64,000 bases of DNA, from the NCBI GenBank assembly GCA_950097015.1, contig CATNEN010000031.1, forward strand, positions 62,001 to 126,000, read 5' to 3'. The translations under genes were made by a program, and so were the position numbers. Positions within the stretch are counted from its first letter, which is position 1. Each line of letters begins with the position of its first letter. Under the pieces are notes generated by a model, which made no database searches, was not told the DNA's origin, and saw only the letters and a program-made list of their open reading frames with translations. Source of the DNA: Macrostomum hystrix (lineage: Eukaryota; Animalia; Platyhelminthes). Positions 12,107-24,457 of this stretch are shown one piece after another.

Positions 12107-15100
12107 GTCGTGCAGTTTGTAATGAAGTGGACTCTTGTTTTAGGAGATAGCTCAGCCAAAGAACTCAAACTTATAGCCAACCCAAATAGACATCCACCAT
12201 GATGAAGAGGGAGGTGGCTCCTTGCATGTGCATGTGGTCAATATGCACGGGCTGCCACGCCGTTGTCTCTACTGTCCAGGAGTGCCTCGTGTGGGTTGGT
12301 GGCATGCAGATCTCCACACACTTCATGCAATATTTGACATATCGCTTGACATCATCGCAGTGGCCCTGCCACCAGGCCTCTTGCTTGTGCCAGTTGCACG
12401 TCGCCAGTGCTCTGCAGTGGGTGTCGCTGTGGGCCACTTGCAGCAACTGAGGTCGCAGCACGGCTGGTGGCACCACCAGATCACTGAGGCAGACAACACA
12501 CCATTCTCGACGGACAGCTGCTGGCGCACGCTCTTGGAGGGATCCTCGGCCACGTGCAGTTGCTCTAGACATTGTCGCGGATCTGGCGTTTGATGCCTGG
12601 CAGCACTGAGTCAGTCGCCGTTGCCTGCTGGACGTCCTCAAGTTTCAGCACGTCAGTCTCTGTCCAGTGGATGACACTCTTGACTGCCTCCAGTTGCGCT
12701 AGCTCATCCTCGAAATCGAGCCTTGACATTGCGTCGATATGTGAGATGCTTTTTCTGCGGCCGTACGCGATATCGTAGTTGAATGCTACCAGTTGAATCA
12801 CACACCGTGTGATTCTCGCCGACGAAGACGTGACCTTCGGGATCTCCTTGGCTGGACTGAAGATGAACTCCAGCGGCTGATGGTCACAATTCAGGGTGAA
12901 CTTGGCCCTAGCAGAAAGTTCCGCGCTCGCTGAGTCGCCCACACGATAGCGAGGGCCTCTCGCTCGAAGTTGGAGTAGTTCTGCTCCGCCGCTGTGAGCC
13001 ATTGAGACAGGTAGATCACCGGATGCTCATCTTAAGTCAAAATAGCCGAGATCGCTTTCTCGCTGGCGTCTGTTGTCTGTGTGGTACGCTTCTTGGCGTC
13101 AAAGATGCGAACTGCTGGATACACTGCCAGAGCCTTCTTGAGGTCGTCGAATACCTTCTGCTGATTCTGGCCCCACTTGAATGGTGTCTGCTTGCTTCTC
13201 AGAGCTGTGAGTGGCTCGACTCGTTCAGCATAAGTCTGGATGTACCGCGCATGGTAGTTCGTCAGCCCCAGAAAGGATTCGAGCTCCTTGCGATTCGTCA
13301 GTGTGCGGGTCTGCTGGATTTTTTCCACCAGCTTGGTGTCGGGCCGAACTCCATCAGCGGAGATTTGTAACCAAGGAATGAGATCGCAGTGCTCCTGAAA
13401 ATGCACTTACGCTTGTTGATCTGCATTCCGGCCTCCTTGAGCTTGAGTAACAGTTTCTCGACCTCATCCAGCTCGGTCTTGGACCTGGCTCCAACACAGA
13501 CATCGTCCTGTTAGACGACCAGGTTCGACACTAGACCACCAATCGTTGCTTCCTGGCCGCATGAAACTGTGCGCTCGCCGTCTTCACGCTCTATGGCATC
13601 CTTGTCCAGCGTAGCAGTCCGATCGGAGTGTTGATCGTGAGAATTTCCTTTGAGGGCTCATCCAGCTCAAGCTGGTTGTACGCGTCCGCCAGATTGACGC
13701 TGCTGAAGTGGGACATTCCCGCAAGCTCGCAGAATGCCGTCTCGATGTTGGGCAGCGGGTAGGAATCAGTGCAGATTTTAGAGTTCACCCCAATCTTGTA
13801 GTTGGCGCAGATTCTGACATCGCCATTCGGCTTCCTCACGACCACGATCGCAGATGCCCACTGACTGCCTCCTAGTGCGACAGGCTCCAGAACACCGCTG
13901 TTGAGCTTCTAGAGCTTCGTGATGACCAGTGGCTTCAGGTGGATGGGCACAGGTCGCGCCTCGAAGTAGCTCGGCTGGACTTTATCCCTCAGCAAGATGC
14001 GCGCCTTGAAGCCATGCAGCTTCTCAAGGGGCGTCTCCTGCGCTTGTCCCACATGGTTGAGGCATCCAGATCGAATCGCAGGAGGCCCGTGCCGAGAAGA
14101 CTGGTTCTTGCTGCAGGCTGCAACCGTGACATCCACGCAGGCCATCTTGTTCTCCAGCTCGAAAACTGCTGTAAAGCTGCCGAGCGTCTTGATTATCGTG
14201 CCATGGAACTGTCGGAGTTGCTGCCTGCACTGCCGCAGCCTGAGTTGCTTCCAGAAGTTCTGCGGGATGATGGTGGCGTCCGATCCCAACTCCAGCTGCA
14301 TCGCCAGAGTATGACCGTCGATCAGCACAGTCTTCAGGCTGCTGATCTTGTGTTGCTGGGTGCTGCTACAACACAGCAGGGTCCTCCCTCCGCCGCCTTG
14401 GCTGCCTTGATTTCGTGGGCTGATCAGGGGCAGACTTGCACACCGCCGCAAAGTGGTTCCTCTTGCTGCAATTGTTGCAGGTCTTGCCTCGAGCTGGGCA
14501 GCGGCCGGGTTGGTGCTGCAAACCGCAGGAGCTGCAGGCTGCTTGTCCTTCTCGCCTGTTCTTGTCAATGCTGGCGATGGAAGCTGGCATTGGGGCTGCA
14601 GTCTCCCTTGTCTTCTGACTGTCCCCGCTGCCGTACTGCTGGATCAGCTCGAGTGGCTGGATGAACTCGACGCTGCTGTCGAGGGCCACTGGCTGCGATA
14701 AGCCCTGAATATGCTCCAGAATCCGGCTGCAGTGCTGTACACTGTAGCCCACTACAAGCATTATCTGTATCAGCTCGTCCTTGGCCATTTGGTGGCTGTT
14801 CTCCGCATTCAAGCTGTCGAACTCGCAGAAGCGGGCGGCATCCCGAAGTTTCTGTGCAAAGATCTGTACTGACTCCGACGTCTCTTGGCGCATAGAGATG
14901 AATCTCGTACATTCGGTGATGACTAGCTTCTTCTTCGGGAGAGTCTTCTCCATGATTTATTTTCTAATATCTGCGTAGTTTATCTCCTCCAAATCCTTAG
15001 GCTTTGCCATGACACTGACGACTCGCACTGCATTCACGCCAGCTTTCGCTAGAAAGAGGATGGTGACCTGCCGATTTTCAGCCATGTCAGTGAGATTGTT

Positions 15101-15280
15101 GCTGCAGCTGAGAGCAGCAAAGCTTCGTAGCCAAGCTTCCGTCATTGCAGGGTCATTCAGCGGCAGATCGTCTGCTCGTGACGCCATTGTCGTGCCATTT
15201 GTTATGAAGTGGACTCTTGTTTTAGGAGATAGCTCAGCCGAAAAACTTTAACTTTGCTGATGGCCACTCTGCCCTTTATA
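12107..15280 (-). mobile_element. Decayed Ty3/Gypsy LTR retrotransposon (gag-PR-RT-RH-partial IN)
   Basis: Gag with CCHC knuckle (CNNCSKRNHFAAVC), protease remnant, RT (VVRKPNGDVRICANYK..YPLP..DAYNQLEL), RNase H (TTDASEKAISAIL), integrase start. Many frameshifts. LTR end ..TTCATAACA and PBS-like AATGGCACGAC near 15190-15205. Confidence 0.9.
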
Positions 15281-16245
15281 TACAATTTTAATAATAATAA
15301 TGATAATACAAAAAAATACATTTTTATTTATGGTGGAAACTGATTAAAGAAGGCATTAAATTTGAAGGTTATTGAGTAGGATTTGAGTAGCAACTGAACT
15401 GAGGCACAGGAACTGTTTTAAACAAATTCTGACAAGCAAGTAGTAAAAATTTGTATACAACAGGTTACAGGACAGCTTCAAGTATTATACACTTTATGCT
15501 GGGTAGATGCAAGACAAGAAAAATAGTAAAATATTGAATATAATAATATTTGGAATATGCAAGACAAAAATAGCATACACTTAGATACTATGAAGAACCT
15601 CTCTGCAGTGCTAACCTAGTGGGACTAAGCCATCAAAGAGTGGCACAACATAAACTAGCAACAAAAATACAACATGAAAATCAAATTCAAAGGCAGGAAA
15701 TTTTTGTAAAAATTTGTGGTGAGTCAAGAAAAGTAAATAGACTGTTCTATTATTGCCTATTTGATTTTTGCCCTCTAGTGTCAGTTTATATGAGATCATA
15801 TTGGCATTTTGCACAAGCAAAAGAAGAAAACAGAAGAACCAAAAGAAAACAGTAAAAAAACCAAGTGGCCGGCTCAATAACAACATTGAGCATAGAATTC
15901 TAACCAATTAAAAACAGGACATAAAGCAATGTTAGGATTTTCCTATAGAAAATAATTTTTAAATTAAATCTGAAACATACATAGACAAACTAGACCTTCG
16001 TTGTGCAGCATGTATTGCATTTATACTTTACTACTCGTGATTTACTAGAAAAGAGTAGTAATATGTGTGTTTAATACTTTGCGAACATACTTGTAGTTTG
16101 CTTGGTTGTCAGCCACCTACGGAGTGGCTATTCTTAGCTAGATCCAAAAAGTTTAAATTTTAACTTCATATTTTTAAACAATTTTTTTAACATTTTGCGA
16201 TATTTTCAGTACCGATCTGTGTGTCTAGCATTTTCAAGCTTACAA

Positions 16246-16674
16246 ATGTTAACAGACGGCGACGACGGCATAGTCAACGACAGTTGCAGCAGTCTTGCTG
16301 ACCTAATTATTCGACATGGTCACTTACCTGCTGCCTGGTGTAATTCACCTGTGCTACGCGACTGCCTTGGCCAGCTAACCAGTCTTGGCGCTACTCAGCT
16401 GCGTGGAGAGCCTCGCCGGCTGGCCCAGCGACACTCAGAGCTAGCCAGAGAGGCACAGGAGACTGCAGCAAGGAATTACGCAGTGTTCATTCGATCTGCC
16501 GAGGCCACGCGGGCCATGTCTGCTGAGTTAGGTCGCGTTGAAACCACAGTGGAGTCACTTTTATCCGATCGACTGCCAAGGCTTGCAGGACGTTGCGCCG
16601 CCTTCTCTGAGTCAGTGGGCCAGCTGGCTAGCCGGCGAAGGCGTGTGCAACTAGGGCTACATAGACATGCCCAG
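16246..16674 (+). CDS. COG8: Conserved oligomeric Golgi complex subunit 8, coding exon 1
   Basis: LRGEPRRLAQRHSEL..NYAVFIRSAE..LLSDRLP..LHRHAQ matches the COG8/Dor1 N-terminus. Donor CAG|gtcagt, phase 0. Confidence 0.88.
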
Positions 16675-17108
16675 GTCAGTTCTTTTAGTATCGAAAGTAC
16701 ATCTCTTATTAGTTTTTTTCTGCATTATCACGTTATTCCCCATTATATCCAGCTACTTAGGAGATGGCAACTAAGTCACTGAATTATTTGATTTCCTTTT
16801 GGAATTTTTATATGCTGATAATTATGTTATCGTTAGAGAAAATAATTTTGCTTGATTTTAGCTTTTAACACGTCTTCACGTTCAACAATTAGTTTAACAA
16901 CCTGAATTGTACACCTTTCTATCTCATTGATTATTCTCGTTTTTGTAGACATTTTCTGCTGCTGCTTTTTGCGTAATCAACAAAGCTTTCCGTGATAAAA
17001 AACGCTAATGAATGCTATGCGCATTTTTACGAATACCCTTGCTACCCTTGAATACTCTTTATGCACTATGTGAATAAATCTTAAATGAATGTAAATTTCA
17101 CATTAAAG

Positions 17109-17500
17109 GTGCTGGAAGTTCTGGAAATACCACAGTTATTGGATACTTGCGTACGCAACGACTATTGGGAAGAGGCCCTGGAGCTTGTTAGCTATGCCAA
17201 GAGGCTTGAGCGAGGCCGAGGCCTTTTGGAGGCTCAAGTTGTTGCCGGCGTGCTGGACGAAGTTCGGCGAGTCAGTGAGCAGATGCTGGCCCAAGTTGCG
17301 GGCCGCCTGCGCTCTGGCCGGCTGCAGTTGCCCGACTGTCTGCGTTTGCTCGGCTACTTGCGCCGACTGGCTGCCTATCCTGAGCCGCAGCTGAGGCTTC
17401 ACTTCTTGGCGTCTAGGGACGCTTACCTCAGTGTTCAGCTGGCCACTTTGTCTGAGGATGATCCCTACCTACACGCCAGGCAGACTGTTGAGGACACAAG
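17109..17500 (+). CDS. COG8: COG8 coding exon 2
   Basis: VLEVLEIPQLLDTCVRNDYWEEALEL..LQLPDCLRLLGYLRRL..FLASRDAYL..DDPYLH. Acceptor aaag|, donor AG|gtaagg, phase 2. Confidence 0.92.
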
Positions 17501-17824
17501 GTAAGGCATGATGCAACAATTCTATAGTCGTTAATTTATTTAGTAGACTACGTACTGTATTGCTTTAAATCGTTTAATATAGCTTTTTGCAGACCATTTG
17601 ATCCTTCGAGCATTCGATTTAATCCACAGTGGCAAAATCCAAGCGTTTCAGGCCAATTTTCAAGTTGTCTATGGCCAAAAGTATGACCATAGAGCAATCG
17701 ATTTGATCCTTCGGACACGCATTTAAGCCTCTCTCCACTGTTTGGTTGTTATTGGTAATGTTGCCCTAGAACACAGACTAGACAGAATTATCATCAGACG
17801 TCAGAGAGCGAAGCAGCTAACACT

Positions 17825-18445
17825 ATGTTCGACGAAGAAAGTGAGGACAGCTTTGATTCCATCGACGAAGTTGACGAGCCCGTGGTACGAGGGCCATATG
17901 CCAAGATAAGCACGAGAAGTACGAGCTGATAGTGAGCGCAGTCAACGGGGTCAGCGAGTCCGGCGCGTGCTGCACACACAACGAGGAGTGCAGGTGAACG
18001 TCCTGCAGGCCATTGCATTGGACCTTGTCCACCACAGGATTGTCTGCCAGACCCTGACCGCGAACTTGTTCAGGCATTTGTTGAAGAGCTGCTCCAAGCA
18101 GTCAGCAACCGCGATGACGCCAACAATGCCGACCAGTTCTGCATCATCATGGATGGCGCTCAATTCAACAACGGAGTGGATTCCCGAGCAATTTGCAGCT
18201 AACTAAAGCGACGTGGTGCTGCCTCCGTACTCGCCGTTCCTCAATCCGGTAGAGAGCACGCACTCGTGCCTGAAGGCGGTGATCAAGCGACAGCTCTGCC
18301 AGCCATGAGTGCAGCTGGAACTGGACAACCCGGCTCCAGAGACCACACTACGTGAGTGGCGTATCCTCGTGCTGCACAGGATCGCAGAAGAAGCGACAGC
18401 GGACATCACAGCGGTTAAGTGCGGAGGCTGGTTCCGGCATAAGCC
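17825..18445 (+). pseudogene. IS630/Tc1-like DDE_3 transposase remnant in COG8 intron 2
   Basis: Across frameshifts: VNVLQAIALD..TLTANLF, CIIMDGAQF, LPPYSPFLNPVE..HSCLKAVIKR, KCGGWFRH. Confidence 0.8.
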
Positions 18446-18457
18446 CGAAGGCCGAAG

Positions 18458-18504
18458 CCCGATGGGTTTAAGAAAAATACATCCCTAAACTCTATGTGTC
18501 ATCT
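18458..18504 (+). repeat. 47-bp direct repeat, left copy (partner 22471-22517)
   Basis: CCCGA(T/G)GGGTTTAAGAAAAATACATCCCTAAACTCTATGTGT(C/T)ATCT, 2 mismatches between copies. Confidence 0.9.
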
Positions 18505-18673
18505 CACTTAAATTCATGCGCTAAAAATACAACCCGCAAATTTATGTAAGTCAGTAAGAAATCTCCGGGATGTATTTAATTACAACCCGCAAATTGGCCA
18601 TACACTTCGATACTGTATTGGGGGTGTGGTGGCGAAGCCTCCACATTCTATACCATAGACATTTTATAAAGAC

Positions 18674-20943
18674 CAAAGATTATAAATACCCAAGATACGT
18701 CACTCAATGCAAAAATCTGGTTTTCGCTCTCATCACACACTTTATGCCATAGACATTGATGGCGCTATGCACCATTTCATGAATGAATGCTGCTATTTTT
18801 TATTGCCGGAATACTCATATGTGGTACATTGCACAAATTGATGAATTGAACTTCATAAATTTAAGTGAATTTATATCAAATTACGCATGTGCATAGGTTG
18901 TTGCTGGCGCTAGAACTATTTCGCCTGGAAATTTTATAAATTTTATGATTTATATTTTTTATTTATTTTATACTTACACGCATATAAAAATACGCATAGA
19001 ACACGAAAAACATGGTGGGAAAAAAGTCGAGGACAGAGATGAGCAGTTCGACTAAACAAATTACAGTGCTATAGCATAACAGCTGCTGATGAAGCTCAAA
19101 GCCTGATCCATCTTTGGAATGCATCCAGTGTCTCAAGTGTTACAGCTCGCCTGCCAGATCGCTCAAGAAGTCCTGTCGAGTTCAGCTAATCGAAATATTC
19201 GTTTACTCTGTCGATAAAATCAGCTGTCGACAGTGCCTGTGAGCCCAGCTGATTGTGAGAGACCGCGGTGCGCATGCCACCCGCAACGGAGTGACAGAGC
19301 ACTTGAGCTGCCAGTGCCACTCGCATCTTCTGCCCGATTTTTGGATTGATATGGCACTCCTTCAGCTTTAATGCTAGCTTTAACTCCCGCTGGCACTCAC
19401 TGTCATAAAGTCGGCAACATGGTGCCAACTTGCCAGCTTGCCCTCCGCGTATTCGATGTCCGACCGCATGAGACAGTTGCGCAAGTTTTTTAAGCAGTGC
19501 TGAATGTCGATCATGAGGTAAACATCATCTCCAGTTATAGGATGTTGCATGCTGCACTTGCCATCTACTGTTATGCTCTTCAAGTACGCCCACTATGTGG
19601 TCTCCTGATCGCAGACCAAAGCTTTGACTGTGATTACCAGCTGAGTGTGCTGCTCGCAAGCAAGTGTCAATTGCCGACCTAAACTGATGCTGGCTCATGC
19701 CGTGGTACGAAGTGAAGTACGCAATCGGTTGTTTCCTTGGTGCTGCTATGCCGCGTAACATTGCAACTGCTGCTTGATTTACCGGCTTCCGCTCCTGAGC
19801 AGCATTATTGCCAGTTGACCAACCAATTATGCTGTCGGTGAGTTCATGGTAGCGTAATGAGGGGGTGAGGTGCATGGCATCCACACAGCTTTGCGAGTCG
19901 GTACCGATCAGGCTTCCTCTCCATGCAATCATGCAACTCCGAGATGATCTTCGAGCACACGCCCTCCTGCCTAAACAGCAGTTGATTATGCCTTCTGATA
20001 GTCGCTTCTGACGGCAGACCCAAGTCTTCGGAGGCTCTTAGGTGGCGGTACGCTGCAGGGCTGTGATGGTGCAGTGCTATCGCCCTGTTCAATTCAGATC
20101 TTGTCCATCTAAGTCCTTTCTGCTTCGTTTTACATCGCATAGAGCTTGTACGGGCTATTGAATGGAGCCTTCTGCACTTGGTCTGTAGGTCTTTGATAGT
20201 CTTGCGCTGACGAACTATCTTGCAGCGCATAGCAGGCAGTGCGTTCAAGTCGCTAGTGCCTGAGGCAGGTTCAACCGGTGAAGGTCGCATGTCAGACCTT
20301 GATGCTTCTGCAAAGCTCTGCAGCACTGGTGGGTATAGATTGTCAGCAATGTTATCTGGCAGAGGTTCAGGATCAGGGGAGACTGGTCGTAGCAGAGGAG
20401 GAAATGAGTCGCAATCCGGTAGAGTGCTCTTCCGAAGCCTTGCTCCTGGCCTGCTTCTGCCCACTGCTTGTCTGACAAAGTCTTCGTCCCGAAAGTGAAG
20501 GCCACAAACCTTCAGCCTGTGCTTCCTTACGAAATCCAGATTTAAATGATTCAGCTCCAAGATTGTCAGCCATTGTCAGCCATCGAAGCCATTCTTGTGC
20601 TATATCATTCTTCGATGGAAAGCTGTGAAGCTGCACTCTTCTTCCGTCCTTCGGAGGAGCCGAGTAAACTGATGTTAAACAGCCTCTGACGCAACAGAAG
20701 CGTGAATTTAGAGACTGCTGCATGAGAGAATTCTGGAGACGAATAATTTTCTATACTTTTCTCCTTGGTGTGCTGTGCTTTAAAAGAAAAGAAAAATTCT
20801 GGAAACGACTGCTGCTGCTGCTGATGATGCGAATTTGGCGATTTGTAGCTGACCTAATGTTTGTCTATGGCATAAAGTGTGTGATGAGAGCGAAAACCAG
20901 ATTTTTGCATTGAGTGACGTATCTTGGGTATTTATAATCTTTG
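18674..20943 (-). mobile_element. Defective P-element (THAP + P transposase) with 82-bp perfect TIRs
   Basis: TIRs 18674-18755 and 20862-20943. 8-bp TSD ATAAAGAC (18666-18673 and 20944-20951). THAP CCVRGC..CGLHF; PAAYRHLR..LPSEATIRR; IDIQHCLKNLRN; KMRVALAAQVL. Frameshifted and C-terminally truncated. Confidence 0.93.
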
Positions 20944-21045
20944 ATAAAGACTGACATAAGACAGATAAGCAGCAGCAGCAAAGCCTAACTGAAACAAATT
21001 TAACTTGTACTTAAAAGTTACACTATAGTTTACATCCCTTAACTA

Positions 21046-22407
21046 ATGGCAGAACGAAGACTTATTTTAAAACCGTTGGTTGATTGTTCTAAAGAATACG
21101 TCGGAGACTATGATCCAAATAAGCTTACGATGGACGATTTAGACCAACTGCTGGACGCTGGTGAAGATTTGCGAAACCCTTACGCATTGCAAGAGGTGCG
21201 GTCGTCGCGTGAAGAACCTGGTCCATCAACGCTGCCCAAGGACTTGACTCTCGATATGGTTCGATCAGTTAATGAGTCGACAAAGCCTGCCAATACCGCC
21301 AATCGGAACAAGTGGTCCACTGGCGTCTTTGATAGGTGGCGCTCTGGCCGTTCCAACGATTCTATTGTGCTGTGCAAGAACTTAGCGATGATGAGCTAAA
21401 CGATTTCCTTCCTGTTTTCATTCATGAAGTGACCCGTGCCGATGGGACTCAATATCCGCCAAACACACTCGTGTCAATTGTTGCTGGTCTGCAACAAACT
21501 ATCTGCAAGGTGCGTAAAGTTGATTTCTTTCGCAATGAGCGATTCAGCATTGTGCGTGAAAGTCTGGACGCCGCCATCAAGATTGGGATAAGAAATGGCT
21601 TAGGACTAGCCAGGAAATCTGCTGAAGTTGTTGGCTATGAAGATGAGGAGAAACTTTGGGAGAAAGTGTTAGGCGACGAAGATCCTACGAGTCTGATCAG
21701 AGCTTTGGGCGATACGGGCGACAGACAGGAGAGGGGGAGAAAGTTATGCGGGACAGACAGGAGAGGGGGGAGAAAGTTATGGGAGACAGATCTTAACGGC
21801 CGTTATCTTAACGGCTTGCATTTTGCTCTACGTGGCGGTCAGGAACGTAGTGCCCTGTGCATTTCGCAATTCAGTGTGCAAGAGCGAGAGGGACAGAAAT
21901 GTATTGTTTACAAAGAGATGGCCACGAAGACGAATGCTGGTGGATTGCGCGACACTCGCTTCAAACCAAAGTTCTTCACTTCGCCAATGCAGCCAATCCC
22001 GAACGTTGTCATGTTCGGCTTTTCGAGCTTTTTAAGAAATTCAGGTCTAGCCAGAGTAATTGATTTTACCTTCTGCCGCTGAAGCAACCATCGGAGAAAC
22101 AATGGTACTCGAATCGTCCAATTGGCAAAAACACCCTGACAAAGTTTCTGCATGAAATGTGCACTGAAGCCGAGATTTCTGACCACAAGACTAATCATAG
22201 TCTACGCGCTACATGAGCTACACGTTTTTACCAAGCTGGCGTTGAAGAACAGCAAATAACGGAACGAACAGGTCACCGAAGTTTGGCTGGAGTCCGCACG
22301 TCCGACAGTGGACGTCCGACATTCAAATCGCCAATTCCTGCGCTGTATTGGACACTAAAATACTACGCGAGGCTGAGACAGACGCGTCCGCGGTGAGCGT
22401 CAGCTGA
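21046..22407 (+). pseudogene. Crypton-type tyrosine recombinase (DUF3504-like) pseudogene
   Basis: FIHEVTRADGTQYPPNTL..GLHFALRGGQE..YKEMATKTNAGGL..RPIGKNTL..TNHSLRAT*..ERTGHRS. Two or more frameshifts, an in-frame stop, and no catalytic Tyr. Confidence 0.88.
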
Positions 22408-22470
22408 ATTTCAGTTTTAATAACTGCTCAGTCATCATCAAAATTGATTACATGCATGCGATGAACCCAA

Positions 22471-22517
22471 CCCGAGGGGTTTAAGAAAAATACATCCCTA
22501 AACTCTATGTGTTATCT
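22471..22517 (+). repeat. 47-bp direct repeat, right copy
   Basis: Matches 18458-18504. Confidence 0.9.
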
Positions 22518-23614
22518 TCAACCTAAAAACTGATCTACCTTAAGTCGAAACAAACTAACTAACCTAAGTAAACTAAACTACCTTGTTGCCCACTAATAAG
22601 ACCTGCAAATTTTCCTTTTCCGGTTATATTCATAATCTCGTTTTTTGTCATCCAAAATGAAATATAAAATATACAACGCGAAAAAATACAAATTCTAGCT
22701 CGGTATTTTGTGTCTGTGGTAAAAATACATCCCGGAAAAGACCTTCGCAGGGATTTAATTGGAAGTAAATGTGTTGGACAAAATACAATTGGTACGAAGT
22801 TGTATCCAGTTTTAAAAAGTCTGGCACCTGTACTTTAGCGATTTTATACGATCTACGGTCGTAGTTTATAAATGAAAATTAATGTTTCGTATTTATTGTA
22901 GTATATAATATCGAAGTATTTATGAGATCTATGATATTCAGAAATTTAATATATTTTGTAGGGAGATAAAATTTTCGCGTTTCTTAAATTTTCTATTCTG
23001 CAAAATCCAAAAAGTAGTTGGATAACTATATTGTATTGGATTGTATAATTGTTGAGTTGTATTGGATAACTAAAAATGGAATTTGTGTTTATACACTAGC
23101 AAACAAATTTTATTAATAGCGTAAGGCTTAAGTATTAAGGAAGAATCTATAATAGGGTGTCATGAAGAGCATCTAAAACATCTATAAAGTATACTAAAAA
23201 ACGACGTACTTCATTGTCGTTGCTGCAGTTCGTTTAAAATAAGCTAGAAGCACAATCAGATTATATGCATAGTAAAAAGTCCAAAAGTCCAATTTCGTTT
23301 TTGATAAATTGAAGTGCTACTAAAGTAGAAAGGCGATGCAGTCGCAAATCGTGTATATTTTTTTGCTGACAATTTTTTTAATTTGTCTTATTTAGTTGCA
23401 AGTAAATGTATGGGACGAAAAATTACCTGTTCTGGCTTATGAGTGACAAATATTGTGAATTCCCTTTTGCAGCTCGAGACAGTTTTTCAGGTCTTTGACA
23501 TTAGCTAGCCGGACGTTTGCCTACTTTTGCAGTTTACTTGCTATGCAAGCTAATTTTATTTTTACAGCCAGATTTTGGCTATCCCCATTATTTTTTGTAG
23601 TTTAGTTGTAATAT

Positions 23615-23930
23615 AATAATTATTATTATTCATATAAATCGATTACACCTGCCTCAATTAAGCCACATGTGCAGCCGACAGCACAGCCGCAGCTATTGCG
23701 CGGCGCATCTGAAGTCTGTGTACAGCAGTTCAGTCCATGGACTGGGGGACCACACCAACTCTCAATAACCCCAGCTAATGCTGGTACCCATTTAACAGCT
23801 GGGTGAACTGAATCAATGCAGAGTTAAGTGTCTTGCTAAAGGATACAAATTGTTTTAGTGGAGTCAGGAATCAAACCCCCGACCTTTACGTCGTGAGATC
23901 TTTACGACGCTCCACAAAGCTACAACCTCC
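23615..23930 (-). mobile_element. tRNA-derived SINE with CORE-like central domain
   Basis: Minus strand has a B-box-like GGGGTTTGATTCC, then TGTATCCTTTAGCAAGACACTTAAC..CAGCTGTTAAATGGG resembling the MIR/CORE motif, and an (ATA)n-like tail. Confidence 0.6.
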
Positions 23931-24457
23931 TTGTAAAAAAAAACAGAAATTACTCAATGAGTTAGATCATTGTGCTAGTCTTGAATTTCAATGCTAAGAT
24001 TGGCATAATGCAAGTAAATGTACATTAATATCGAGTGCAATAATACCTGTTCTTCACACGCTTTAAATATTAAAAAAGTATTGAACTATCGCTTTTAGTG
24101 GTCGAAGAAAAAGTATATCTTTTGGCTAAATTTATGTACAATTACGTACTACTTTGGCGCTCGTATGTAAGCTCAAAATGGCAATTTTGTTGGCAATTGG
24201 CAATTGGCAATTTGTCTCTTTGCCAGCAAAATATTTGTCAGAATAATTCATTTGATTCTTTGCGCTTTATAAATTCAGACAAACATCTGCTAGCAAACTG
24301 CTGGCTAATGTCGCTCTCCCGCCATAATGATAAACTAGCTTCCTTAATCCTAAAGCCTTGTGCTTGTAATACGCTCGTACTAGCAGGGACCTCTGACTTA
24401 AAGCCTATAATTTATTCATGTTCCTCAGCTTCTCACCCCTCGCCAATCCTCACACAG

